A stretch of 24,949 nt of DNA from Neoechinorhynchus agilis (lineage: Eukaryota; Animalia; Acanthocephala), in the NCBI GenBank assembly GCA_051530055.1, contig JBMGUZ010000038.1, positions 1-24,949 of the forward strand, given 5' to 3'. Positions 1-11,584 of the stretch are shown one piece after another. Each line of letters starts with the position of its first letter. The first letter of the stretch is position 1. The notes beneath the pieces were generated by a model. The model saw only the letters and a list, made by a program, of their open reading frames with translations, made no database searches and was not told where the DNA came from. The position numbers were made by a program, and so were the translations under genes.

Positions 1-1114
1 ACTCAACGTTAAAAATTTCTAACAAACGACAACCTACGAAGTTAAAAAAACACATCTTAATTATAAAAAAAGCGTTATCTGAAAAGTTACAATTTCAGCA
101 AATGCACAACGGAGACTAAAGTTAAAGATTAAAACGTAAAAACGACTTTCAAGACAAAACTTTAAGACACATCAAAATTGCTTTGGACGCCGAGTCCAAT
201 TTCGAAAAAACAAACGAGAAATTGGCTCAATCGCTTAGAGAATCTATAGGTTCAATGTTCAATTTTCTTGCTGTTAGAGCTGGTGAAATTTCTAAATTAG
301 AAGCGCAAAATGAAAACGCAACCATTTAAATTACGTTAATCTGTGCCAGAACCGAATCCATTGAAAATGCAACAATAGAATGGAAAAAACATTTTGTTAA
401 ATGTCATTTACTGTAATTTTATAAATAAAATGGAAATCGACGGCGACTTCGCAAAAACTTGCATGAAGTCTTCGGTCACAATACCAACTATTCTCTTGTC
501 TCAATTTAACCGAATAAAAGTAACTCGCCCCTTTTAGTTCCCTTTTCGTCGCCTTGAAAAACCGTGTTTTTGAATATTTGAACGCGTTTCCTCAACTGTT
601 TCTCTCGTTATTATTGTATCAGTAACTTCCTTTAGATGACTTTTTTCTTTGTCTATATCCTTGGTGTGTTAATTGGCGGTCCCTTATCTTATTGACAATC
701 AATCGATCTTATTTTTTTCATTATATTCCGGAATAAATGACTGACGCTCCATTTTTTTAAAATTCACCCTCTATCATTCTACGCGACTTTAGTCGCAGAT
801 GAAAATTTAATTCTAAGAATTTGTTTATGAAATCGGCAAATCATCTTCGATTAAGACTCCTTTTTAAGTCATCTTCTCTGAGTAACAAAATCCGCAGAAG
901 TTTAGACCATGAATGTATTCTTCGATCGATATTGATAGCTTCGAGAATTTACCCAATTTTTATTGGAGAAACAATCACTAGCTGTGCCCTCTGACAGCAA
1001 CCTTCTTGGAAGCTCCCCTTGGATCGCAGTTATATTGCTAAGTTGTTCAGGTTCGGAGGATGCAATGTAGATGTTAGTTGAATTATTGTTCAGTTCTTAG
1101 CTCGGTTAATAACT

Positions 1115-1156
1115 TTTTATTAAAAACGTTCCTAACCTCGTCTGGTTCATCATCAG
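1115..1156 (-). ncRNA. Degenerate PLE-type hammerhead ribozyme-like motif
   Basis: Minus strand reads CTGATGA-TG-AACC-agacga-GGTT-AG-GAAC-GTTTTT-AATAAA. The CUGAUGA box, a stem II and a downstream AATAAA are present as in PLE tails, but the GAAA box is mutated. Confidence 0.3.
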
Positions 1157-1199
1157 TTTGTAGGTTCGAAACGTAGCCTAGAACTGGTATGGACAAGAG

Positions 1200-1560
1200 A
1201 ATCCAACTGTTTAATTAAAACAAAGCATTGCGATAGCTGTAATCAGTGTTGCTGCACTATGACTTCTGCCCAGTGCTCTGAATGTTAAAGTGAAGAAACT
1301 CATTGAAGCGCGAGTAAACAGCGCAGGGTTTTCACAAAGAAGATAAGCAGCGAGCCCCGCTTTCACCTTTTCTATTTGCTCTATGCCTGGATTACCTAGC
1401 CAAATCCTTACATGATTCTAAACTCGACTGCACCTTCGGCGAGGGAGGAGAAGCTATCGTACTTCTTCCATGAAGACGACATCGTTCTTTTAGCGGATCA
1501 CAAAGACGATCTACAGAGAACGACGATCTCTTCTGCAAATTTATATATAATAAATCCTTG
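1200..1560 (+). pseudogene. Highly degenerate non-LTR reverse transcriptase remnant
   Basis: 1460-1519 translates YFFHEDDIVLLADHKDDLQR, resembling the (Y/F)ADD-VLLA..DLQ catalytic block. Frameshifted traces of KAFDS and a QG...SP.LF-like block lie upstream. Confidence 0.4.
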
Positions 1561-1835
1561 ATGTATATGTGTGGCATGAGAGTACTTAAATTCTCATTAA
1601 AGGAGATACGCATCTCTGTTGCCTCTTCGAATTCTTAGATTCGTATAAAACAGGCCAGAAATGTTATCCCTTAACCACAATAAGGTATCGCTTTTCAATA
1701 CGATGCTTTACGTGCGGGATAGCAACAAAACTGTAATAATGTAGTAATATAACGATTGACGGTGTCGTCACATGGTAATTATTTGGCACTTGGTGCCTTG
1801 TTATACTGTGAGCGTGTGTTCGTTGTTAAATATAT

Positions 1836-2660
1836 ATGCGTTCACCTAACACAGATCAGAGCACGACATTTGATGACGAGAGTAGGATCTCAATGATGCA
1901 GTCCCTCATAGAGAAGCAACATGAGTTGCTGGAATTGATGATTAAACCAATGGGACAAACAAAGCTGGGCGAAAATAGAATCGAGCAAAAGCATAGAGAT
2001 ATACAAGTGTTTCGGTCTTTCGATCTTGATAGTGAGACGTGGGATGATTATGAGGTCAAAAGATTTAGAATTGTGCGGGGTTGAAACCTAAGACGTAATG
2101 CAGGCTTGCTTGTTGGCGTGGACCAGTCCGCAGATTTATGCAAAGGTTCGGAAAAGTTTGGGCACGAGAAAACCCAGTGATTGCTCTTTCGAAGAGTTGA
2201 AACAAGTACACGAGGTAGCTGCACGATATCGTTTTAGTAAGACCCAAATGAAACCAGGACAAGGTTATAAGGATTGGATATCAGAGCTATGGGACGTGTC
2301 AATAGGATGCAATTTTTTTAAATCGGAAGTGCAAGATGAGCAAAAAGCTACCGAGATGCGGATTCGTGATACAGTAATATTAAACATCCCACATGAGCGA
2401 AATACGAAGATCTGCCTTCCAACATAAGAACCTGGCACTCGAAAAGCTGGGAACCATCATCAACAGCCCACCACCATGTTGAATTTGCACCTGAACGAAT
2501 TTTGGAGGAAAGGAAGTGGGCAACAAGTATTTTGTGAAACAGTAATTTTTAAACGGGTAAAGTCAATAGATTTATTGCGATTTGCATTAGAATCTTGATT
2601 TTGAAGGAGTTTCAAGATGGAGGTTGTCCATGGTGCGTCACGATTGGATGTCCGGATGAA
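1836..2660 (+). mobile_element. Ty3/gypsy LTR retrotransposon gag plus degenerate aspartic protease remnant
   Basis: ORFs 1836-2084 and 2098-2427 contain F..FD..SETWDDY, LLAW.SPQIYAKV....KPSDCSFEEL, ARYRF....MKPGQGYKDWISEL...SIGCNF and RIRDTVIL, typical of the invertebrate gypsy gag region. About 2608-2640 reads FKMEVVHGAS, a decayed MEVDTGAS protease motif. Confidence 0.65.
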
Positions 2661-2899
2661 TTTCTTGGGTATTGTTGAAGTTACAGAATATTTTATGTTC
2701 GTGCGAAGCCAATTAAATATTTTGCTCTTCCTAACGCCCAACTGCCAACCGTCATTTTGTACTCTGTGACTCTTGACATCGCGGAATCCATATGCGGCTC
2801 GGGTAGAATAATAAATTTTCACCGGTTCACCTTTTTGAAACTCCGGGAAACCATCTTCGATTACACCATGACTATTTTCTTAGATATGTTTTATTATGC

Positions 2900-2960
2900 T
2901 TCAGCATGCGAACATGAACCTAGGTGTCTACTTTGCATCGGGACTCACGTCAAACCGAAG
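2900..2960 (+). pseudogene. Zinc-knuckle remnant, probably LINE ORF1
   Basis: CEHEPRCLLCIGTH within ORF 2757-3032 resembles the PRC..C...H knuckle of Jockey/I-group ORF1. The match is short and isolated. Confidence 0.3.
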
Positions 2961-4258
2961 TACTCCAATACTTTAGCCATTATATGTACGAATTTTTTAG
3001 CTTGTTGCAATCATACGAAAAACCATTTTTAAAGAAAGCCTAAAAGCAGTGACTTTAATGTGATCCGCGCCCTGCCTCATGTCTTGTAAAGCGTTGCTGC
3101 GCCAAGAAGCTCCAAATGATCCATTTAGGGAATAATTCAATGATCCCCATTAATCGGTCCTTAAACATTTGACACAGTCATCGGGATTTGCATCCCCTAC
3201 TAAAAATGCATCTACAGTCAAAGCAATTGATAGCATCCTTAGATGGATTATGGAACAATTATGAAAACTAGTGGCCTCCAACAGTCGAGCGGGACCTTCC
3301 CGGTCCTCTATTTAGACTCCTTTATACCCCCTTCCCTACCATGGATATGTGAATCGCTTGAATTCGCACGATCTAGAGGTTTTTGTTGTATGTTCCCGAG
3401 GTGTTCATGACGCAATTCAGGAATGAAAGGTCCATCCATGTATTTGTCCGTATCCATTAATTCCGTCACTTGGTCGTTTTAACGAGTTTAATTCATCGTT
3501 TGAACATTAATTTCTGGTCGACATGAAAAAATGCAAAAATAATGATTTGTTATTGATTTGGTTTCGATCTGTAGAAGGATAATAAGGCTTTTTATTAATA
3601 ATTCGTTAAAATTGGCATAAATTTTTATTCATGGTACACTCGAAAGCGTTCGAGCGGAGGAAATAATGTATTTTTTTAACAGCAGCAAATAACTTTAGCA
3701 CTAAATTGTAAGGACCTTTAGAGTTTGTTGAAGAAGCAAAGTCAAATGAAACGTTAATGTAATCGCTCTGGCGAAAAGCTAAAGCTATAAAACTTTTTGC
3801 ATAAATGCAAGAATTGGTTTTTGGAAATGTAAATTCATTTCCTTCAAGATGTCGATGCTTCGCGATCACATTGACATCTTCAAAGTCCATTTTCATCCCC
3901 AATCGTGGTATTGAAACAAACAAAAATCTTCATCGATGGATACAAAAAATTTCTTTAATCTTTTTCGTCGCCCTCTGAAGCGTCCGATCGGACACTGTAC
4001 TCGTCATTGGGCTTTGGCCTGAGGCCGGAACTTACTGTAAATTGTTTCGAGATAGAAGTGAAAGTTAGAAAGCTGTTTTTCGCAGTGAGAGTTCGTTAGC
4101 GAAAATCGATACTGTTTTGATGTTCTTTTAAAAGTGAGCCTTACCTTAACTCACGGATAGAAACTTCTTGCGCTCTTCGCTATCTATAATCTCATCAATA
4201 AACACCCGTTATTAGCACAATCGCTCTCAGAAGCACATTCAAGAAGGGTAAAATTGAG

Positions 4259-5315
4259 ATGTGGACAATGTATTCATTCTGACTGATTCTGACTGATTCA
4301 AACAACAACAGAGATTCTCTAAATGGTGAACTTAACAGTCAAGATCCACACATACAGTTTACAGTCAATGAAGAGGACATAAATGATGAAGTCTCGTTCC
4401 TGGACGTCCTTGTCAAGCTTTCTGCACAAGGCAAAGTTAGCACTTCACTTTATCGCAAGGAGAACTTACCATAGGGACCACCACACTGGTCAAGTCACCA
4501 ACCGATGAGGTATAAAATCTCGGCTGTCACGTCCTACTTCCGAAGAGCTACTCTTATCTCATCTACTCGATTTGCATGGATTAGGGAAAGGGAGAGGATA
4601 GTACAGAAGTTGAAAATGAGGGTACATCCCAAATGGATTATAGACCGGGAAATCAGAGGCAGTAAGTACCATCCGCATAACAACAACAAATCTTCTGCAG
4701 AGCCTGTATGCTTCGAAAGAGTGCACTTCATTGATGATGACAGGAATCAAATGATTTACTCCATTATGAATAAGAAGGCTGGAATTCGTCTATACAATAC
4801 TAAAGGAATCGCTCTCAGAAGCATTTTCAAGAAGAAGGGTAAAATTGAGCCGACTAGTCTATCGGACAGGTTCGCTCAACTTAAGCAAGTTTGTAGTCGA
4901 TTTGAGCATTCGTCGATAATCTCTAATCATCAAACGACATGTAAGCATCGAGCGGATTTTGGTGGCACCCACTTTATAGAAATAGAGCAAAACTTAAAAA
5001 GACGGCTTGTTTTGGAGGCCTTACATATCGTTGTGTCCAACACAATGGAAGCAAATAAAGCTAATATTAGCTTGAAACTTCTAGCCATCGACGTGTTAAA
5101 AATCAATGCTAAAATCATGGGAAAAAAGTAGTACAGCACAGGGGGGTTCTAGCGGATAATTGGTCCCCGAACTTCGGGTTTGGCGATCCCGCGCACTCGA
5201 GCTTAAAACCTTAATGTGTAAAACTCATTTTTAGATGACTGATGATACGAGGTTACCTTGCGAAATATTTCCAATAAATCAAAATCAGATAAGTCATGAC
5301 CGGGAGTATGTTCAC
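4259..5315 (+). mobile_element. 5'-truncated Penelope-like element A1: RT C-terminus, thumb/linker, partly deleted GIY-YIG endonuclease and 3' tail
   Basis: Translation gives (Y)VDNVFIL, LNSQDPHIQFT, VSFLDVLV, STSLYRK, HWSSHQP.RYKISAV..YFRRA, then SIISNHQTTCKHRADF....IEIEQNLKRRLVLEALHI, all PLE hallmarks. There is an in-frame TAG near 4470. A hammerhead-like motif and AATAAA follow the stop at 5131. Confidence 0.85.
5239..5272 (+). ncRNA. Minimal PLE-type hammerhead ribozyme motif
   Basis: CTGATGA-TA-CGAGG-tta-CCTTG-C-GAAA-TATTTC followed by CAATAAATC. GAAATATTTC is a perfect palindrome, consistent with the dimerising minimal hammerheads known from PLEs. Stem I pairing is poor. Confidence 0.6.
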
Positions 5316-5620
5316 CAAAATTATACTTTGACTAACGGGAAGGATTTTCTATCGATCTTAATTTATCACTTGATACGTTTTAATCATTTGCAACTATTGT
5401 AGTGATCGTATAATTTTCGGTCTTTTAAAATTACACAAACAATATTGTAATATTTCCAATATTTTTTATCGTTGTCAACCCAAAAAGCGTCCAATAAAAA
5501 CTATTAACGTTTTGTAAGAAAAAAGGTTTCATATAAATTATTTTTTTAAGATGAACGGATCGTTTTGTAATTCTTGATCATTAAATCACTTTAAGTATTG
5601 CCAGTAAATAAGGATACGAG

Positions 5621-5729
5621 TTCAATTCACTTTCGGAGAATTTGTGCTTAGATTTATTCACGATGTGACCATGCCGTTCGACTGCTTTAGGCTATAATTG
5701 TTCAAGTTTACTGGTGTAGTTGGTTTATA
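5621..5729 (+). repeat. 109 bp dispersed repeat, also at 14347-14455 (+) and about 18557-18665 (-)
   Basis: TTCAATTCACTTTCGGAGAA...CTGGTGTA(G/T)TTGGTTTATA is seen in three near-identical copies. Confidence 0.9.
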
Positions 5730-5967
5730 TATATTGTTCACCAAGTGAGATTTGTAAATTGGCGTACTGATTAACTCTTATGATATCTTCTAAGTTACGT
5801 ATCGCAAATCCACGTAATGAAGCTAATTGTCTCTTGTATTTTTCGATACGTTTCCTCATTTCTTGAATCTCGAATATGATCATTTTCTTAGAAAAGAACT
5901 TATGAAGTTTAGAATCTTTGAACCCGAAGATTTCGGATCTGATTATTGCACACTGGAGGAGTACCAC
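5621..5967 (-). pseudogene. Probable PLE N-terminal region remnant
   Basis: Minus strand: ORF 5725-5967 is followed by TSKLEQL*PKAVERHGHIVNKSKHKFSESEL, resembling the PLE V.NLS...L(S/T)..E..LL block. The 18557 copy extends this to FSESELDLLNE. Confidence 0.4.
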
Positions 5968-6154
5968 AAAAAAAAGAATTTGATCACTCTAAAACTGTAT
6001 ATTAATGTTTTTGAGTAACTTTATCAAATGCCTGGGTGAATGTGAATATTTTATTCCGAAATTACCTTTACTACTGAAATGTCTAACTTAATGGATTTTC
6101 TGTCAATAAGTTCCGTTCCCTTATCCACTTTCGAATGTATTGTAAGATCGTATT

Positions 6155-6269
6155 GAGCTGTTGCAACATTCTCAATGAGGCGGGCGATTGTGACAAGCCG
6201 ATTAAATACCAAGTGTAATTTAACATGGCTTCATTTTTAATATTGTTATTGCTCATCGTTATTGATGGC
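6155..6269 (+). repeat. Diverged 115 bp direct repeat, second copy 7067-7181
   Basis: GAGCT...CAACATTCT.AAT.AG.CG..CGATTGTGACAA.CCGATTAAATAC.AAG.GTA.TTT...GCTCAT.G..A.TGATGGC is colinear in both copies without indels, roughly 75% identity by eye. Confidence 0.8.
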
Positions 6270-6560
6270 AGATTAAGATGAGTTTGTTCCTTTATAATCT
6301 TAGATTTTTTTGTTTACCGGTTGTTTCAAGTGATTGTTATTGATTTTTCGTTCTCTAATACCGGCCGTCATCTTGTCATTAAACTAACTCTTCATTGCCG
6401 AGGTTTTTCGTTTCCTTCTTACAGATCTTTTCGTGATCGTCCAGAATGTAGTTTACCGAAAACATTGAAGTCAACGATCTTCCCTAAATCGTCCTTAAGC
6501 TTCGTCGTAGCTGTTCTTTCCATTTGATCGGTGGCAGGAATGCTACTTAATAATTCCGGA

Positions 6561-6655
6561 TTACTGCTAATAAATGCTTGTAAATCAAAGGGCGAAGGAG
6601 ACATCTGCTTTAAGGTGACTTTGTTTGGTTCGGTTTTATCGTTCATGATCCTTCA
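6561..6655 (+). repeat. 95 bp near-identical direct repeat, second copy 16116-16210
   Basis: TTACTGC(T/G)AATAAATGCTTGTAAATCAAA(G/A)GGCGAAGGAGACATC...GTTCATGATCCTTCA, with two visible mismatches. Confidence 0.92.
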
Positions 6656-7529
6656 TAATATCTGAATAGAGCTGAGATTTATAATTTGGAAACAGTTATT
6701 TGGAAGACTTAACTGCAGGATCAATTGAGGATTTAGTTATAAAGTTATAAAGATGCGAGTAATCACGAATATTTTGGTGCCTAATATTTGTTAAGTAAAG
6801 CTATATTTTGCGATCGAACCTAAAATATTTTGCCATTTAGTAAATGATCGACTGAAACTAATATCTGCAACGGTAATATCGATTATTTATGTGGTTTGTT
6901 TAATATTTCCTTGATTGAAGCTCTTTCTATGGATCGTTGATACTTTATTGGAACAAATAGTACATTACCGTTGTCTTTATTTCTCAGATCTTCGAGTTTA
7001 ACTTTAGTTTTGTATGAATTCCGAGTAACGAAGTGCAGCACCCCGGTCCTCTTTCGGATCGATTTTGAGCTATTTCAACATTCTTAATAAGACGTTCGAT
7101 TGTGACAAACCGATTAAATACTAAGCGTATTTTTACATATATTTACCTTGAACTCTGTTGTGGCTCATTGCCACTGATGGCGACCATTAATAAGCCAGGT
7201 AGGGAAAAAAGGTAACTCCCATTATCGATATTGTTTTTCTGTTGCTGGTCATTACAGATATATTTTATTACTAATTGGTTTAATAACCAAAGCAGACTTT
7301 AGAATTCCAAACAAAATGATCACCGGAAATCTTAATCCAAGATTTCTAAAGATCGAAAATGGTACTTTATGCTAAGAAACAAAATTAGACAATTTGAATA
7401 GTGAAAGTATACATCATGTTGTTCGTGAACATAAGACGTTAAGTGTCCGCCCTCCTTATCCCTGGTTACATTTTCGCTTTCTTCTTTATATATTAGAAAA
7501 TAGTTAAACAATCGCTACTTTATAACAAT

Positions 7530-8848
7530 GTTCAACATTGCCAAAAGTCATCAGAAGTTGAACACGGCAAAAATAGATTTGTCTGTGCAACAACTCGGTC
7601 ACTTCCATTCATTTGACATTTCAACAATGAGCACAACAAGAAGTGGTTTGTCGTCATGGATGCGGTGGACGGAGACCGGGGAAGGAAAGAGAACGAAGGA
7701 CTCGGCAACGAGCTGTCGACAGGCGATGTTAAGGTGATGAATGTAGTGTTTCTGAATGTCTAATTTGGATAATGTTATGATTTCGGGAATCCATGAGATG
7801 AAGATGTGTATGGCCATACTGTGCTGAATTTCCGAATAACCTTTTCTTGATCAACTTTTGAAGCTGATTTCATTTGCATAAACTGTTTTGGTGGCTTCTT
7901 TAATCTCTACATTTAGTTTGAACACTGAAGTTCATAAAAAAACACCCGAATTTAATCAAAAGTGCGATACGAGTTGTTTCGGGGCAGTTTTCACTGTAAT
8001 GTTCCTCTGCACAGAAGGGGCAAATAGTTCGCTTGATAGGGCATTTCTGCGCCCAGTGACCCCATTTCTGGCAGCAATTGCACCTTGGATAGTGGTAATC
8101 ATCATAGTTCGAAATTTGATTGGCGATGAACTTAATTTGCATAGCTTGGAAGAAGCACCGTCTTGATGTTAGCTAATCCCAAACGTCCACTGCCGCTTTA
8201 ACGACGGAATGCGGGATAAGTGCTCCTGATTTTCTTGATTTTAGAAAGAACAGAATCTTACATCCAAATTTTCGCTCGGAATCCTATCGATCTTCGGAAT
8301 CAATATGTGGTGATAGGCCGGACACTAGGAAGGTGAACAATTTTATCGCAGTGTTTGTCAACGAAATCCACGAACTGTTTTTCATAGTTGTTACCGACGA
8401 AATGAATTTTGATTTTGCCGGCGAAATAGGAGATGGACTTTATTCGTTCTCGGTCGTCTTTAATCGTTCTGAGCCAAGGAGTTATGAGTCTTTGATGCAT
8501 TATTTCTCTGGACCAGATTGGGTTTGATGTTAGAATGACCGTGTGAAGCCATCTTTTTGTAGGTCGATCTATATATTTGGGGTCGTCTTGATCGCTTGAA
8601 AGAGTTTTAGTTCTCTCAGTCGAAGATAAGTCATGAGTATTGGGTGGCCATATGCACCCTCCTCCGCAGCAACAGGTTGCGAAAACATTGAAATTGAGCA
8701 TTGATTGATTGCGTGTGCGTGGGTGTGATAATCGCCCATCGATCGTTTGCAGGCTCTCGTGACAATCTTCATGCGACACAATTTGACAATTTTCTAGAAA
8801 AGCAATTTTCTTAATATTCTCACTTAATTGGTCAGAATTATCCCCCAT
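7530..8848 (-). mobile_element. Decayed LINE (I/Jockey/R1-group-like): ORF1 with CCHC knuckles, followed by a possible APE endonuclease remnant
   Basis: ORF 7900-8142 contains PRCNCCQKWGHWAQKCP...ICPFCAEEHYSENC, the tandem zinc knuckles of LINE ORF1. Downstream (7540-7817, minus) a degraded segment ends in IFAVFN (GDFN-like). ORF 8300-8848 is probably the upstream part of ORF1, with weaker support. Confidence 0.6.
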
Positions 8849-10169
8849 TGCTTCTATAATTCGTTTTAGTCTGCTCCGGACAAGTCTAGTGGAACTTTGA
8901 CAGTCAAATTTCGTTCAGGCTCAAAAATTGACAGGGCGCTTAAATTTTGCTTCGGCGCATTTCGTACATCTTCTTGAAGAACAACTTCCTTAATAGAAGT
9001 GTTCGCAATTGATCGCAATCAATTATCCGCAATTGATTGAATCAGTTTGCCTACTTTTGAACGACTTGATTAGTTCTTTGCGAATACAGTTGGCGGATAA
9101 TCAACAATGCAATCTTCATTAACTTCTAACTTTTGAGTAGAGGGGCAATGCTGCCAGCGTGATGGCGACGGTCGAGGAAGGACAAAAGCTGGAATTTGGT
9201 GGGAGGTGGTGAATGTAAAGAAAAGTAACCAAATAGAAAACTGTATGACAAAAAAAAAATTTAGACTTGTTCATTCAATTTATTAGTTTATTATGTTTCG
9301 ATGCCAATCGTGCATATTCTTGCTAAGCAATTTGCTTTTCTTAAGTTTCGAAAAAATGGAGGCTTTTAGCAGCCAATTTTTCTAAAAATAACACTTCAAC
9401 GACGGAATGTTTAATAGATCCCACGATGTTTTTTAAAATTCAATTTCTCCATTTGATTGATTAGAATTAACGTGTTCTGTAAGATTTCCGGTATTTTCGA
9501 GTAATGAAGCCAAAAAACGGGAATTCGTTTCCTCGGATACATTTTAAAGAAGAAGAGGCACAATGATCCGATATACGAGGTATACAGAATTCAGTGCTTT
9601 CTGTCTAACAGGGAGCATTTAGCACATCGATGCAGGACACCAAGAAGTGAATCGTTCAAAATAAGACCGTCTGTCGCCGACTTGAACACTCCTCCGTTTG
9701 TAATAAAGCACGAGAGCTTGTGCAAGAATAAATGTAGATCTCTTTTATGTAAGAAAGATTTAAACCACGAATAATTCAGAATGCAAACTCACTTTCGAAG
9801 AACATTTAAGCTAAAAGTTTGTAAAGTTGTCCTGCTTAATTATAAAAATGCTGAACCTTTCAACTTTTCTACAATTTAAATCTTTGACGATTTATTAAAA
9901 TTTTTTGTTAACATGCAACTAAAGCCAAGCAATGTAAATAATGAGTATGAAAATGAAAAAATTAAAAACAAATTGCTCAGAAACTTTTAAAGAATCTACT
10001 CAAAACGTTAGCTAAAACATTCATTTTTGATTTTTCTTTGTGAGTATTTGCTTATTTGTTGCTATTTTGATTAGAGAGAAATATTCAATAGTTTTTAATT
10101 CCAAAACGTTATAACAACGGTCGATTTGACTTCGTTCAAATTCGGCAACCCTAAGCGAGCAGCCGTTTA

Positions 10170-10726
10170 ATGGACACGAAAGCCAGCTACACACAAAAAC
10201 GAGAATGTCAATCGAAGCGTTCCGAATTCTTAGCCCTTCAACAAAGACTTCTTCGTCTATTAGACAATCAGCGAAGGGCTAAGAGCGTTGAACTGGTCAA
10301 TAGCGTTTTATGCGAGATGTTATCGTGTAAAACGAATCCGAATGAAGTAATAGAATCCGGACTAATCAATATTCTGTTCGAGATGGCAAATAATCTGTCG
10401 AATGCTCAAAAAGGTCCTCATACCCGTCCAATGAAATCGAATTGAGTACCAAAGACCTCTGCTGCCGGTTAAAAATTATTATCGGTAAAAAATACGCCAC
10501 TCCCAAACACCCGATGATTAATAGGATATTGATTTCGATGATTCAAGGAGAAATTTCGAGAAGTGATGTTCGAAACTATAATTTGGATGGAAACATTGAA
10601 AGCGATCGAAAAAATCCGGAAAATATAAGAAACACGGGTCGTGTCGATAAATTATTTAAGAAAATGGAGGACTTTATTCCGATTGGACAATCCAGAAAAC
10701 GTGCTGTTTTCTTTGGCAGCAAATAG
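10170..10726 (+). other. Two adjacent ORF fragments found only in the left arm, possibly a frameshifted Polinton/Maverick-type ORF
   Basis: LQQRLLRLLDNQRRAKSVELVNSVLCEML and DLCCRLKIIIGKKYA...INRILISMIQGEISRSD recall the RL.LL.G...AGN...I..IL..L...G.IS motif I associate with Maverick/adintovirus ORFs. This is recollection only. Confidence 0.3.
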
Positions 10727-10917
10727 AGTGGTAAAATGTTAACCACGGAGGAAACAAATCAAGGAAAAGCCGATTTAAAATCTGCGGTAAAAGCTTCACA
10801 AAAAAGAAGGGTAATGTCCGAAGAAAAGAAGAACGTGGTCGCTATGACAAGTTTTCATCAATTTATTAAAATCAACCTAAGCTTTGAAAGTTTCAAAGGA
10901 GCGACAAATATAACTAC

Positions 10918-11111
10918 GGATTTCTCAGGATGCCGTATTCTTGGGCATCCCAATCCTTCGTTGGGGTGGGGGGATTCTTTGAAACGAAGGATTTGTCGGG
11001 ATGCCGTTAATGTGGTACACACCATTCCATCGTTGGGTTATAGAAGGATTTCTCGGTATGCCGTAGTCGTTGTACATCCAAATCATCCGTTGAAGGATTC
11101 TTTAAAACGAA
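10918..11111 (+). repeat. Three degenerate 57-71 bp tandem units, mirrored at about 24460-24650
   Basis: Units anchored by GGATTT.TC.G.ATGCCGT start at 10918, 10989 and 11046. Unit 1 contains the hairpin GGATGCC-n9-GGCATCC. Confidence 0.75.
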
Positions 11112-11584
11112 GAATTTCGTGAGATAACGTCAAGCTAAAGGCAATAAATCAACTTATTTCGATCATTTATTCTTATGAGAATGTCGCGTTTTGTGAAAGA
11201 TTTGGTACAATTCTTCGCAATGTTATAAAGCTACGTTCTGTACTTTTAGTTTCCAGGACTAATATGATCCAGGCTTTTTTTAATGGATTGCAGACGTTTT
11301 TTGCAATTTTTTTAAACCAAATGCCTTTTGTAGGTTTTAGACGTCGGATTTTACGATTCGCATTATACCCGTGAAAAATCATTGAATCGATCTAAATATG
11401 CCACCATTATGACATCGCTCCTTACTTTCAATCTTCTTCACTAAAAATTGTACATTTTTTATCATTTTCAATCTAAAAAGTAAAAACATTGATTTTCAAT
11501 AGAATTTTTATCATGCAGTCACGTTATTTTTCATCAATACAAATTTCTCCTTGCAAAATTGTTTATTCATAGTTGCAACCATAT

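Noticed and set aside
126-330. ATG-less open frame with a coiled-coil-like peptide (FQDKTLRHIKIALDAESNFEKTNEKLAQSL...)
   Set aside because: No recognisable motif or splice context. It could be an exon or TE remnant but cannot be supported.
1730-1851. Possible LTR (TGTAATAATG...CCTAACA) upstream of the gypsy gag
   Set aside because: No primer-binding site follows and there is no second copy in the window.
3840-4050. MDFEDVNVIAK (PLE nuclease-tail-like, minus strand) and hairpins CTGAAGC-GTCC-gatc-GGAC and GGCC-tga-GGCC as hammerheads
   Set aside because: The peptide match is very short. The hairpins lack intact CUGANGA and GAAA boxes and lie on the opposite strand to the peptide.
9016-9039. 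Perfect 9 bp hairpin CAATCAATT-atccgc-AATTGATTG
   Set aside because: It sits in a short low-complexity CGCAATTGAT repeat with no functional context.
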